DNA from: a virus
Virus record (IMG/VR): IMGVR_UViG_3300022908_000003
Span: 4,054-68,053 of that record
Length of the DNA: 64,000 bases
Reading direction: 5' to 3' (one strand)
The notes beneath the pieces were generated by a model, which had not been told where the DNA came from, made no database searches, and worked only from the letters and a program-made list of their open reading frames with translations. Positions 38,491-47,857 of this stretch are shown here, piece by piece. A program made the position numbers and the translations under genes. Position 1 is the first letter of the stretch, and every line of letters begins with the position of its first letter.

Positions 38491-39255
38491 TTACATTTCT
38501 CCATGATCTCCAGGGTAGTAGCCTGTACCATCTGGAAGTGTAAAAGTCTTATGGCGGTTATTTGGAGATAATGGCCCTCTTGTCATTGTTATATCTTGGG
38601 ATTGATCATTAACATAGGCATTTGCATATTCTGTTATTGTTGCCATTATCAAACTTAATCCAAAATCCCACCATTGCTGTTCTAGACTTTGAACTACAGT
38701 TGATTTAGGACTAGAAGCAAACTGTAATGTTGTAGTTCCTTTCTTAAATAGAAGCATTTCTCCAGTAGGAGATTTTGAACCTATGGCCGGTCTAACTTTG
38801 CTTGCTATTAGATAAGAAATTCCAGCATCATAGGCATCTTGATAACTTGTACTAAACGCCCAATAATCAGGCATATTAGAAAATACTTTTAACTGTGTGT
38901 AGATATCATTGAAGTATTTGTCTAAAGTTATATCAGATGGGGTTAGTTCACCTGTTCCTAGTAAAGTTCTTACAGCAGGGTAGACACTATTCCATGTAGC
39001 TACGAAGGTAAACGGATAAGTCTTTATTGAGTTATCTGAAGTAATCCATTTCCAAACAGCTTTATGGTTTCCTCCCATAACAGGAGTGTAATCTATAGAA
39101 ATTTTAAATTGAGAACCTTCAGGGGAGACAGTTGCTAACAAGTCCTGGTCAACTTCTCCATTAGGTTTCGTTACAGTTAAATATGCGGCAACTGCACTTG
39201 CAACTACCCTAGTAAAAGTTGTAGTTTCTTGTACTTGCATCATCTCCCCTTTCAA
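38491..39255 (-). CDS. putative head-tail adaptor
   Basis: Position after the capsid gene; Ig-like N-terminus plus helical domain. Confidence 0.5.
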   Translation of the reverse strand: MKGEMMQVQETTTFTRVVASAVAAYLTVTKPNGEVDQDLLATVSPEGSQFKISIDYTPVMGGNHKAVWKWITSDNSIKTYPFTFVATWNSVYPAVRTLLGTGELTPSDITLDKYFNDIYTQLKVFSNMPDYWAFSTSYQDAYDAGISYLIASKVRPAIGSKSPTGEMLLFKKGTTTLQFASSPKSTVVQSLEQQWWDFGLSLIMATITEYANAYVNDQSQDITMTRGPLSPNNRHKTFTLPDGTGYYPGDHGEM

Positions 39256-39256
39256 G

Positions 39257-39508
39257 TTACCCCCACGGGCTTAGATCATCTTTGTACTTCTCAGGAAATA
39301 AAACCTTGCCTGTTTCGTCAATCTCTTGCCCTCTTGCATTAATGAGAATACCAGAGGAATTGTAAAGCATACCTCCCTTTACAGGACATTTATTGTACTT
39401 ATGTTCCCCCTTCTCAAATGTGCCTGAGTGATTAAGTTCCTCCACTTCTGTAGCTTCTTCTCGCTGTCCAGGTATGTCACTTCTCTTTCTTACAATAGTT
39501 GCTGCCAT
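39257..39508 (-). CDS. hypothetical protein
   Basis: 83-aa ORF with AAGGAGAAGG RBS. Confidence 0.55.
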   Translation of the reverse strand: MAATIVRKRSDIPGQREEATEVEELNHSGTFEKGEHKYNKCPVKGGMLYNSSGILINARGQEIDETGKVLFPEKYKDDLSPWG

Positions 39509-39549
39509 CTTTACCTTCTCCTTTTGTATTTAATCTGGTTTGTTTGCTT

Positions 39550-40662
39550 TTAATACGTTAGTGCAGGAGCTACATAAGTATTACCACCCATGTACCCAAC
39601 AACCCCGTTAGTTCTCTCTTTGATGCCCATACCATATTCCCTTTCCCATGCCTTAGCATAAAGAGGATGGCTTTCATCTTCAAACGAAACAAAGAGTTCC
39701 CCTGCATTTGTTGCAGCAGGGCCTCCATTTGTTCCCATCGGATTTGCTGCACGAATACGCCTTGCAATAGGAGCAGGGTTTCCCTTCATAAAGGCAAATA
39801 CGTACCCGGCAGGCATCCATGGCTTAGTCCATACCGCTGCTCCCCGAAACCAACCTATCTGCCTATTGTAAATATCAATTTCATCAAGAACACCCTGCCC
39901 ATATTCCTGATTAGCTGATTTAATTACAGTAGCATAAGTGAATGCCTTGAAATCTGCAAGAGCACTAATTGAAGTTTCATCTGAGCTAGAGATGAAAATA
40001 ACTGCACTACCTCTGTTATAGTGCTCAATGACATTCTCTATTACAGCCCTTAACCAAGTATTCGTTACTCCATTAATTGCCATATAGTGAGTATGGGTAG
40101 TAGGGTCAAAACGTCGTCCATTCTGTCCTGGCGGTATTGGCAGACCATCTGCATTTACCAAAGCCCTTACAGGGATTGGGAAAGCTTCTTGATGGTCTAT
40201 TAGAGGATCTGTAGTAGAGTAATTAACTCCGGTAAATAAAGTCTTCTGTATATTATACTGCAAGAGCAGTACATCTCCAATAAGAACTTGATCTACTTGA
40301 CCGGCAAGATCCGAAGGGCTATGGTTCTGCATGTACCTACGGTTCCATGCAATAGCTGCTTGGTAATCTTTTAGTGGAAGTCCTATAATAGCTCCAGGCT
40401 TGCCCTTCTGAGCCTGCGGCGTTCCCATTTCATCCATTTCCTGAAAACGAAAATTAGATGTAGTAGAACCATACATTGTAAGACGTTCTGTGGTATCTGT
40501 AACAAAATCCTTCAACTGATCTTGTACAAGAGCATTATAAGCATTTAGAGTTACTGCAACAGCATCCCATACTTTCTGCTCTCCAAAATCTATGATAGAT
40601 TGAAAGTTTGCACCTTTAATAATATCATAAGAAGTATTTGTGCCAAATGTATTTAGTGGCAT
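39550..40662 (-). CDS. major capsid protein
   Basis: 370 aa, following scaffold and decoration genes; EMDEMGTP, FDPTTHTHY, EHY, REYGMGIKERTNG resemble a phage capsid family. Confidence 0.75.
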   Translation of the reverse strand: MPLNTFGTNTSYDIIKGANFQSIIDFGEQKVWDAVAVTLNAYNALVQDQLKDFVTDTTERLTMYGSTTSNFRFQEMDEMGTPQAQKGKPGAIIGLPLKDYQAAIAWNRRYMQNHSPSDLAGQVDQVLIGDVLLLQYNIQKTLFTGVNYSTTDPLIDHQEAFPIPVRALVNADGLPIPPGQNGRRFDPTTHTHYMAINGVTNTWLRAVIENVIEHYNRGSAVIFISSSDETSISALADFKAFTYATVIKSANQEYGQGVLDEIDIYNRQIGWFRGAAVWTKPWMPAGYVFAFMKGNPAPIARRIRAANPMGTNGGPAATNAGELFVSFEDESHPLYAKAWEREYGMGIKERTNGVVGYMGGNTYVAPALTY

Positions 40663-40665
40663 TTC

Positions 40666-40696
40666 GAGGTTCCCCGTTCTCTCTGGTAGTGAAACT
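40666..40696 (-). repeat. copy of the dispersed ACCAGAGA motif
   Basis: Minus strand AGTTTCACTACCAGAGAGAACGGGGAACCTC, directly before the capsid ATG. Confidence 0.85.
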
Positions 40697-40701
40697 AAAT
40701 A

Positions 40702-41454
40702 TTAGTTACGAGCGAAGAAATAGGCTCTTACTGTGTCAATAGCAAAGCCCAAAGGCTGCTGTCCTGTAAGGGTGGGTGTATCAGACAACCCTCCCGGTAC
40801 TGTCCCAGATAGGTAAAGATCTGCTCCAGAGGTTAGGTTTCCATCTGAAATACCTGCAATAAATGCATCATAAAGGCTCATTACTTCGCCCTTCTTGTAT
40901 CTCTTTGGAGCGAAGCCCCTAACCTTCGAAGAAGCTTTCTCTGTACCATCTCCGGCAGGCTGCCCAACAGTTGTATGCACTACAGAAACTCTAGCTGGAA
41001 CTGCATCGCTGCTCTGTAGGTTTACATTATCTACAACAAATACAGGAAGTTCAAGAGCAGCAAATGCACCTGCTGCTGTAATTGTATAAGTTGGGAAAGC
41101 ACCTGTTACAGTAACATTAGCTCCGTTTACTGTAGATAACGCTCTTAGTGCAGTCTGAATTGTTGCAGCACTTGCATTATACGGAATATTTACACCAACC
41201 CCCAAGTAACTCCATGGGGCATTACCCCCATTTGTATTACTGGAGAAAGTTACGGTCTGAACATCGTTAATACCGCCAGCAGCATTCACTTGGCTTTCTA
41301 GTGAACGAAGTACAAGACCTGTTGATGTAATATAACAAGCATCCAAGCCAGCAATATCTTCTCCAGCATATATATCACCAGATATAATATGATTGTGCGA
41401 AGGCACTGTAGTAGCTGGAGTTAAATCCTTAGAGGATTTTGCGATTTCACCCAT
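40702..41454 (-). CDS. head decoration / cement protein with inserted beta domain
   Basis: AGEDIAGLDACYI...GADLYLSGTVPGGLSDT cement-like frame around an NDVQTVTF..IPYNASAATIQTAL insert. Confidence 0.6.
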   Translation of the reverse strand: MGEIAKSSKDLTPATTVPSHNHIISGDIYAGEDIAGLDACYITSTGLVLRSLESQVNAAGGINDVQTVTFSSNTNGGNAPWSYLGVGVNIPYNASAATIQTALRALSTVNGANVTVTGAFPTYTITAAGAFAALELPVFVVDNVNLQSSDAVPARVSVVHTTVGQPAGDGTEKASSKVRGFAPKRYKKGEVMSLYDAFIAGISDGNLTSGADLYLSGTVPGGLSDTPTLTGQQPLGFAIDTVRAYFFARN

Positions 41455-41468
41455 TTATTTTAGTCTCC

Positions 41469-42065
41469 CTAGATCATCTTAGCGAAATTTTCGACATGGG
41501 CTTTAGCCCCATTAAGAACTTGCTCTTTTGTTGTCTTCCTGTCCTGTCTGCCACCTTCCATATTTGTTTTAGTTTCTTTTCCTCCTAAGTCTTCAGCAAG
41601 TGATTTTGCATCAGCTAGGTACTCTGCTTCAGTCTTGCCTTCAAGTCTAGAAGCATGTTTAATATCTAGCCCGCTATCTTTACAGGCTTTCTGTCTTAAC
41701 TTTAAATCTTCATTAGCAGCTTTCTCTTTTCGTAGATCCTCTAATTCCTTAGCTAGATCATCTTTCTCTTTCTGAGTAAGTTCAAGCTGCGTTTTGATGT
41801 TCCCATCATCAATAGCCTTCTGTCTTTCAGCGTCTTGCTGTTCTTTTGTTTTGGCTTGTGTAATCTTGTTTCGTTCCTCTACCCTTGCAGCTTCAGCGGC
41901 TTCGGTTCGAGTTTTTGCGATAACCCCATCCATATATGATTTCTGTGCTTCAGTTAGTTCAGGAATTTCGGGTTCGCCTTCTCTGAAATAAAATCCAGGA
42001 ACATCGTGAAAGTCAAAAATTGTCGGGGAGAAAGCCGTAAAAGGCTTGATGATATTCTTTTCCAT
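41469..42065 (-). CDS. capsid scaffolding protein
   Basis: Charged coiled coil with ASRLEGKTEAEYLADAKSL, upstream of the capsid genes. Confidence 0.7.
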   Translation of the reverse strand: MEKNIIKPFTAFSPTIFDFHDVPGFYFREGEPEIPELTEAQKSYMDGVIAKTRTEAAEAARVEERNKITQAKTKEQQDAERQKAIDDGNIKTQLELTQKEKDDLAKELEDLRKEKAANEDLKLRQKACKDSGLDIKHASRLEGKTEAEYLADAKSLAEDLGGKETKTNMEGGRQDRKTTKEQVLNGAKAHVENFAKMI

Positions 42066-42076
42066 TTTAATTTCCT

Positions 42077-42724
42077 TTAGTTTTCTTCGGAACCTACTTT
42101 ATCAGAAGGTCCGGTTCTGTAGATCATAACGCATTTACAACGACTAACACACTGTCTATTTCCTATAGGTATTAAAGTTCCTATTGTAACCCAACCCTGG
42201 TTTGTTGCTGTTATACAGTCGTCACAATGATCACTCCCACCTAGTATATTTCTTTCTTCAGTAGATCCTGAAGCTATTTCAATTTCTCTTTTTTCGTTTT
42301 CGTATGTTACTCTTGCTCCTTCCGCATACATCATTGCTCTAGAGACATAAGTACCAGGTTTTGCTTCTCCTGTGTATATTTCTTTTGCAAATTCTTGTAG
42401 ATAATTAAATTCACTTTCTAATCTGGTGGAAAGCCTTTGCCATTCTTTGTCTGTTGTATTATTCCAACCTCCGTTAGCAGCAGATACCATAACCATATGA
42501 AGAGGTTTAAGTTCTTCTACCATATTAATTTGCCATTCAGCAATAGAAGAATTGCCGGTTTGCATCTCTCTGGTAAATAACTTTATATTATTCGAAGCTA
42601 CTTCGATAATTTTATCTAGTTCATTTCGAACCTCAACTCTACCTACAAATTTTCCTGTAGTAGTGTTATGATACCTTTTGCTTTTTGTGTTGTATGTAAA
42701 GTCATGAGGTGTTTGACGTGCCAT
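42077..42724 (-). CDS. minor head protein (Mu gpF-like)
   Basis: HCDDC..GWV..LIPIG..C..RCKC C-terminus; follows the portal. Confidence 0.65.
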   Translation of the reverse strand: MARQTPHDFTYNTKSKRYHNTTTGKFVGRVEVRNELDKIIEVASNNIKLFTREMQTGNSSIAEWQINMVEELKPLHMVMVSAANGGWNNTTDKEWQRLSTRLESEFNYLQEFAKEIYTGEAKPGTYVSRAMMYAEGARVTYENEKREIEIASGSTEERNILGGSDHCDDCITATNQGWVTIGTLIPIGNRQCVSRCKCVMIYRTGPSDKVGSEEN

Positions 42725-42932
42725 TTAACAACCTCATCATACTTATATTAGTTCTATCTATAAAATACTTTATTGCATTATCTATATCGTCTAGAGATAT
42801 CCTGCAAACTGTAGTTAATTCAATTTCACTCCAGAGAATAGGCAAACCTCGTTTAACTCTTTGCCTGCGCTCTTGGGTTATCTGAGGGCTTTCTTTGTCC
42901 TGTTGTGTTGTTTGGTTTGACTTGTTTTGCAT
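42702..42932 (-). CDS. hypothetical protein
   Basis: 76-aa ORF between portal and minor head gene; start uncertain. Confidence 0.4.
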   Translation of the reverse strand: MQNKSNQTTQQDKESPQITQERRQRVKRGLPILWSEIELTTVCRISLDDIDNAIKYFIDRTNISMMRLLNGTSNTS

Positions 42933-44463
42933 CTAGCTTTTGTTTCTCTATTGCAAGAAGATCTGCTTGTCTAGCTCTTATCTGTGCCTCAACATCTGTA
43001 GACATTCCTTTAAGCTTATCGTCTCCCCATCCTGCAACTCTTAGGAAAGTTTCTAGAGGCATTCCTGCATTTACTGCGGCTTCTGCGGCTTGCCAGAATG
43101 TAAGGTCTGTCATTGCTACAGATAATGGGTCTCTGTCTCCTGCATCCTTCCAAACAGCAGTTAGAAGAAGTTCTTCGTTAAGCCCTTCTTTATCATAGAT
43201 ATTTGCAAGTTCCATTGATCTATGGAACATCTCTATCCATGCCGGACCTAAGCGCATTTGTCTATCACTTGTAGCACCATATATAGGTTTCTCCATTCTA
43301 TATAACGCTTCGCCTGAAGGCCAATTCCCTGTGATAATTGCATTAGGTGTTCCTGTGTTTAAACATAAGGTATCTCTCTTACTTTCTAGAACTGCAATTA
43401 ATCCATCTAATTTTGCACCTTCAATAACTCCCCATGCTGCATCTGCTTCATTTGCATGGTAATGTTGTCCGGGTCCGGTTTTAAGAGGTATAGTTTGATT
43501 TCTACTATTTTTCTTTAACTGGTACCCTTTGCTCCAAGTTCTTTGGAATGCGGTAGTTCTTGAGGCGGCCATAATATCCCATTGCGTATCATTTACTTGA
43601 TCTTGCCCTCCTATTATCCCACCAGAGAAAATGGAACTTCCATAATGTTCCTCTTCTCCTGGATTAGAATAATGAATAAATGGGATATGTTGTGGTTCAC
43701 CTTCTGTATTTAATGTAGCAATGGGGATAGGTTCTTTACTTGTTTGTATCCCGCCCATAGACCCAATAGGTGCTTCAGTAGGGAGTAAAAAAGGTACCCA
43801 TCCTGTAATACCATTAGTGGAGAAGTATCTTTCTACTGCTCCTTCATAATAGATGGTTCGTCGCTTACCTAGTGGGGTATTCCATTCCTTTACAGCATAC
43901 AACATGTTTCCGTTCATGTCATAGCCTATAAAGACCCCACTTTTACCGTTCCACCATCTCTCTCTATTAAGCATGATCTTTTGTCTATCAAAATCATAGA
44001 CGACCATTATACAGAAGTTACCGTCTCTTAGTGTAGCTCTTGTAGTTCTTTGCTGAAGATCAGGTATTCTCTTCATTTGCCAAAAGTCATCAAGCCAATC
44101 TTGTTCCTGTTCTCCTTGTACCGTTATCCTTTCAAGTACAAGTCTGGAAGAATGTTCTCTTAATATCTCTCCACAAATATTATCACAATAATTTTCATCA
44201 CCAATAAGCCCTTGTAGAATTTTCTCCTGCTCTTGGCTTAGTGTATTATCGTGATCCCCTTTAGCATATCTTCTATAGGTATCAAGATGTTGTATTGTGT
44301 CAATAACTTCGGATCTATCGATCTCTATTTGATCGTTTAACCCTGAAACGCCGTCTGGTAGTTTGTTCAGCAGCTTCTCTCTGGCTTTTTGTGCTTCTTG
44401 GGAATTTACCGCTGTTTTTGGTTTTCTTATTGTAATCTTTTTCTTCCGTATAGCCATATTCAT
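42853..44463 (-). CDS. portal protein (SPP1 gp6-like)
   Basis: Follows terL; YRRYAKGDH, NYC..I, RDGNFCIMV, PSGEAL. Confidence 0.8.
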   Translation of the reverse strand: MNMAIRKKKITIRKPKTAVNSQEAQKAREKLLNKLPDGVSGLNDQIEIDRSEVIDTIQHLDTYRRYAKGDHDNTLSQEQEKILQGLIGDENYCDNICGEILREHSSRLVLERITVQGEQEQDWLDDFWQMKRIPDLQQRTTRATLRDGNFCIMVVYDFDRQKIMLNRERWWNGKSGVFIGYDMNGNMLYAVKEWNTPLGKRRTIYYEGAVERYFSTNGITGWVPFLLPTEAPIGSMGGIQTSKEPIPIATLNTEGEPQHIPFIHYSNPGEEEHYGSSIFSGGIIGGQDQVNDTQWDIMAASRTTAFQRTWSKGYQLKKNSRNQTIPLKTGPGQHYHANEADAAWGVIEGAKLDGLIAVLESKRDTLCLNTGTPNAIITGNWPSGEALYRMEKPIYGATSDRQMRLGPAWIEMFHRSMELANIYDKEGLNEELLLTAVWKDAGDRDPLSVAMTDLTFWQAAEAAVNAGMPLETFLRVAGWGDDKLKGMSTDVEAQIRARQADLLAIEKQKLDAKQVKPNNTTGQRKPSDNPRAQAKS

Positions 44464-46147
44464 CTACCCTTTCTTGGTATTGATATTCTTCCGGCAATTC
44501 CTGTTCTAATAAGGCTTCAGCAAGAATTATAGCTTCTTTATCTGTAATAATTTCTTCATCATCAGGCTGTAAGCCCATTGTATCAAAATTCTCACCAGGA
44601 GGATTATCAATTGAAAGAGCTACTTCAGAATAAGCATCGGAAGAAGCATCAACTTGATCTTTCTTTTTGCTATTAGGGAATTTCTTGTGCTCTGCAATAT
44701 ATGCAGTTGTCCAGTTAGTATCCTCGTCATCATCTTCTCTTTTAAAGTAAACAAGACGAACAAGGTCACTATTTACATACTGTGCCCAAGGATCTGCCCT
44801 AGTTTCTTTATCCCCATTACCTACAGGTTTAATAACTGCATTAAATCCTTTTAGTAATTTCCTAAAGGAGATTGCTTGATCAATACCGGCCTGTGCAGGA
44901 TCTTGAGGCATTCTTACAATCATGTCAGGATAACGGTATCTATCCATCTGAGCAGTTAGTAGGATAATGGCATTTCTCTTTGCAGGTTCTTCTCTAAATC
45001 TCTTAACATCAAGGATATAGATTAGATCGTCTGTGCCAAGAGCCATTAAGACCCCTACTGTATAGTCTCCTGATAAAGTTCCTGCAATATCCCAAGCCCT
45101 ACAGACTTTAACAAACTTTACAGGCGCTCTAGGAATTATTTTAAATTTACTAATCTCAAATGTTGTACCATCAGGGTTAGAAGGTTTACCTTGGAATTGT
45201 GCAAGCCATGTTATACTATCTTTTTTACGTTCTCTGTAGTAACCTGGTTGTTTTGCTTTACGAGGTGAAAGATACTCTCCTATCTCTCTGCCCATAGGAT
45301 CAGGACCGCCTACTTCCGGCCTTTCGTCTCCATCCCACTGAGCACGATAGGAAAGTAATTCCCATACTCCGTCTTGGCTTTTTAAACCTTCTGATCTAAT
45401 TAATTCACCAATATAATCTTCTTCGTTATATCGGTGGAACATTACAACTACATTAGTTTCTTCATCAATACGAACTTTAGCATTACCTATCCAGAATTCC
45501 CAGGTTCTATCCCTAATTGCAGGACTTGCAGCATCTTGACTTGAAGCATAAGGGTCATCAATTATAAGATCATCGGCACCTTCACCAACAAATCCGGTTT
45601 GAAGTCCTAAAGCTTTTAAAGAAGCTTGACCATCTCTATAAGCTAATCTGGCTCTTGTAGCAAATTCATCTGCACTTGCTCTTGGGTCAATATAAAGTTC
45701 TTTTCTGTTTTCAAAGAAAAGTTCCTTATATTTTACTGTCAGCATAATGTCTCTATTGATCTTAGTAAATTTAGTTGCATGATCAATATTATAACATGCT
45801 TGTTTAATACGTCTACTAGGACTATGCCCTAATAAATAGGCAGGTAATCTCTGAGAAACTATAACAGAGCCACCATGTTGAGGTGGTTTATGTAGCAGAA
45901 TTCTCTGCCCTCTCTGGTAACGAAGTTTCTCTAACCGTTCGCATATATGTATCTGCCATGGCTCAAGAATAAGCTTAGAAGTTGTTTCTACGAAATCTTT
46001 TAAAGATAGAGCAGTGGGATCATCTTCTAAAACTTCTGTTACGTCATTAGACATTAAAAGTCTTTGTAGTTCTTTTAATGAAGCCTGATATAAACTTTCA
46101 TTTGGGCCATGTTCAAAACTTACCTGCCTTGTTGTAGTAAACCCCAA
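44315..46147 (-). CDS. terL: terminase large subunit
   Basis: PPQHGGS Walker A-like, GEGADDLIIDDP Walker B, AQFQGKP, RAWDIA, DYTVG, FPNSKKKDQVDASS nuclease motifs; TTG start with AAAGGAG RBS. Confidence 0.92.
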   Translation of the reverse strand: MGFTTTRQVSFEHGPNESLYQASLKELQRLLMSNDVTEVLEDDPTALSLKDFVETTSKLILEPWQIHICERLEKLRYQRGQRILLHKPPQHGGSVIVSQRLPAYLLGHSPSRRIKQACYNIDHATKFTKINRDIMLTVKYKELFFENRKELYIDPRASADEFATRARLAYRDGQASLKALGLQTGFVGEGADDLIIDDPYASSQDAASPAIRDRTWEFWIGNAKVRIDEETNVVVMFHRYNEEDYIGELIRSEGLKSQDGVWELLSYRAQWDGDERPEVGGPDPMGREIGEYLSPRKAKQPGYYRERKKDSITWLAQFQGKPSNPDGTTFEISKFKIIPRAPVKFVKVCRAWDIAGTLSGDYTVGVLMALGTDDLIYILDVKRFREEPAKRNAIILLTAQMDRYRYPDMIVRMPQDPAQAGIDQAISFRKLLKGFNAVIKPVGNGDKETRADPWAQYVNSDLVRLVYFKREDDDEDTNWTTAYIAEHKKFPNSKKKDQVDASSDAYSEVALSIDNPPGENFDTMGLQPDDEEIITDKEAIILAEALLEQELPEEYQYQERVDEYGYTEEKDYNKKTKNSGKFPRSTKSQREAAEQTTRRRFRVKRSNRDR

Positions 46148-46359
46148 AACGTATCTCCTTTAAATTTAACATCCAAAACTAGGAAGATGAAAACCAGAAA
46201 ACACCTTCCTAGTTCTGATTGCCAGAAGGTAAAGGAGATCGAAAACCCTTCCGACAATTATAAAATCTTTTAAGGAACCGTAGTAATTAAGCTGGAGAAT
46301 AAACGCTTAGTGTTTTTACTACGGTTCCTAGCGTCTGCCCTTTGGCAGTAGACACCCCT

Positions 46360-47190
46360 TTAACTTGGTTCGGCTAATTGTAATTGCTGGCTTTCTCTTG
46401 ATTTTCCAATTAGTTTACCAAGTGCACTACCTATACTTGCTGTGAAATGGTTTTCGTATTTTATATCAATGCTTGTTACAGGTCTACCCGTATCAATATC
46501 AACTAGTTTGTATTTTCTAGCTAAAAGAGAATGATGAGCTTTTATACTATCTCTTGCTGCTGCTGCAATTCCTATAATAAGTGCATCTACTTGCTCCCCT
46601 CTTAGAAGTAATCTTAATTCTTTCTCTCGTTTACTTCCAGTTTCGGTAAGCTTTCGTTTATGCTCACTCCATGCCCTTATTTCGTTCCAGGTATCTTTCT
46701 CACTAATCCCGGAATTAACAATATTAATTAAACTACCTAAAAACTCTTCTGTTATCTTCTCTTGGTCATTTTCCAGGTAGTAGGTTAATTGAGATATTTT
46801 TAGTTTAAGATCTTTCCATGCAGCATTACTGAGATCTTGCCCTAGACTTTTTTTTAACTGAGAAATTTTAGTGTCTGTTAGGGCAATTTCATGATCTGTA
46901 GATAACTTGTCTTCATCAGCTAGAGCAGCATTCATATCTGCTCTAAGATACTGAGGCATTGTTTCAGAAGTTTTTAAACTTTTTGCAGCATAGTGAGTAA
47001 TGCCTTTTGGTGCCCTATCTCCATGTTTACGACATCTACCACAAGTACCTAAAATAGTTACTTGGCAACGTCTCTCCGGTTCTCCAGGTCTACGTATAAT
47101 ACCGTTACAAATAGCCTGCCCTTTATCGTTGTAGGCAAATACCTTCTTCCCATTAGAAAGTATTTCAAGTGGTTTTTCTTTTATAGGCAT
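46360..47190 (-). CDS. terminase small subunit
   Basis: Upstream of terL; C..C..RCRKHG (HGGxSTG-like) and LSTDHEIAL motif. Start moved to MPIKEK behind AAAGGAGG. Confidence 0.65.
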   Translation of the reverse strand: MPIKEKPLEILSNGKKVFAYNDKGQAICNGIIRRPGEPERRCQVTILGTCGRCRKHGDRAPKGITHYAAKSLKTSETMPQYLRADMNAALADEDKLSTDHEIALTDTKISQLKKSLGQDLSNAAWKDLKLKISQLTYYLENDQEKITEEFLGSLINIVNSGISEKDTWNEIRAWSEHKRKLTETGSKREKELRLLLRGEQVDALIIGIAAAARDSIKAHHSLLARKYKLVDIDTGRPVTSIDIKYENHFTASIGSALGKLIGKSRESQQLQLAEPS

Positions 47191-47216
47191 TTGCCTACCT
47201 CCTTTAAATTTATTTG

Positions 47217-47247
47217 AAGTTCCCCGTTTTCTCTGGTAGAAGAATAC
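47217..47247 (-). repeat. copy of the dispersed ACCAGAGA motif
   Basis: Minus strand GTATTCTTCTACCAGAGAAAACGGGGAACTT, directly after the endolysin stop. Confidence 0.85.
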
Positions 47248-47248
47248 C

Positions 47249-47755
47249 TTAGAAATTATGGCATCTTTGAAAATGCATGGGATCTTTTCTGCCTTTATAG
47301 TCTGCACCCCAAAAGAAGCCATGTTTCTTAAATGCAGCTACTAATTCAGGTGGTTGTTTTGTTCTGTCCTTAGATCCAAGTGGGTTTTGTGCTACATTTA
47401 TGTCAATAGCTAAGCCCCATGAGTGAAAAGATAATTTGGGATGTGCTGTATTCTCTGTACCTCTTACGTCTCTAAAGTTATAAGAGCCACCACAATCATT
47501 AATATACTTATTGTAGTTGCCAAATATGTCATGCAAAGCAGTAGTCATTGCTATATGCGCTTTAACATGAATTAGTTGTCCATTAGACAGAGTATGAGGA
47601 AGATTTATTAGGTAGTCTTCCTCGAAGTTATCTTTTCTAGGATCTCCATAGTTTTTGTATAGCTCTGCATAGGAAGAAGGAATTGGAACTAAACCCCAAT
47701 CAACTCCCTTAATTTTATTTGGATTTTTCGGGTCAATATCAGCAATAGTTGCCAT
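47249..47755 (-). CDS. endolysin, peptidase M15 family
   Basis: GGSYNFR, SFHSWGLAIDIN, FFWG, DPMHFQ zinc-peptidase motifs. Start placed at MATIAD behind GAGG. Confidence 0.85.
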   Translation of the reverse strand: MATIADIDPKNPNKIKGVDWGLVPIPSSYAELYKNYGDPRKDNFEEDYLINLPHTLSNGQLIHVKAHIAMTTALHDIFGNYNKYINDCGGSYNFRDVRGTENTAHPKLSFHSWGLAIDINVAQNPLGSKDRTKQPPELVAAFKKHGFFWGADYKGRKDPMHFQRCHNF

Positions 47756-47857
47756 TTTATCTACCTCTAGTTTTATTATTTTTGATCTAAGAGAAACTTT
47801 GCGCTTATAGCTTCTATCCTGCAACTCGAAAGGAGAATAGAAGCTAGTTTGCGTCGA

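Noticed and set aside
44315-44463. 149-bp terL/portal overlap as a recoding signal
   Set aside because: No clear slippery site; a low-complexity C-terminal run-on explains it.
26391-47247. Dispersed motif as CRISPR repeats (GTTCCCCG start recalls type I-E repeats)
   Set aside because: Copies are kilobases apart, often inside CDSs, lack the internal palindrome and have no spacer periodicity; no cas operon is present.
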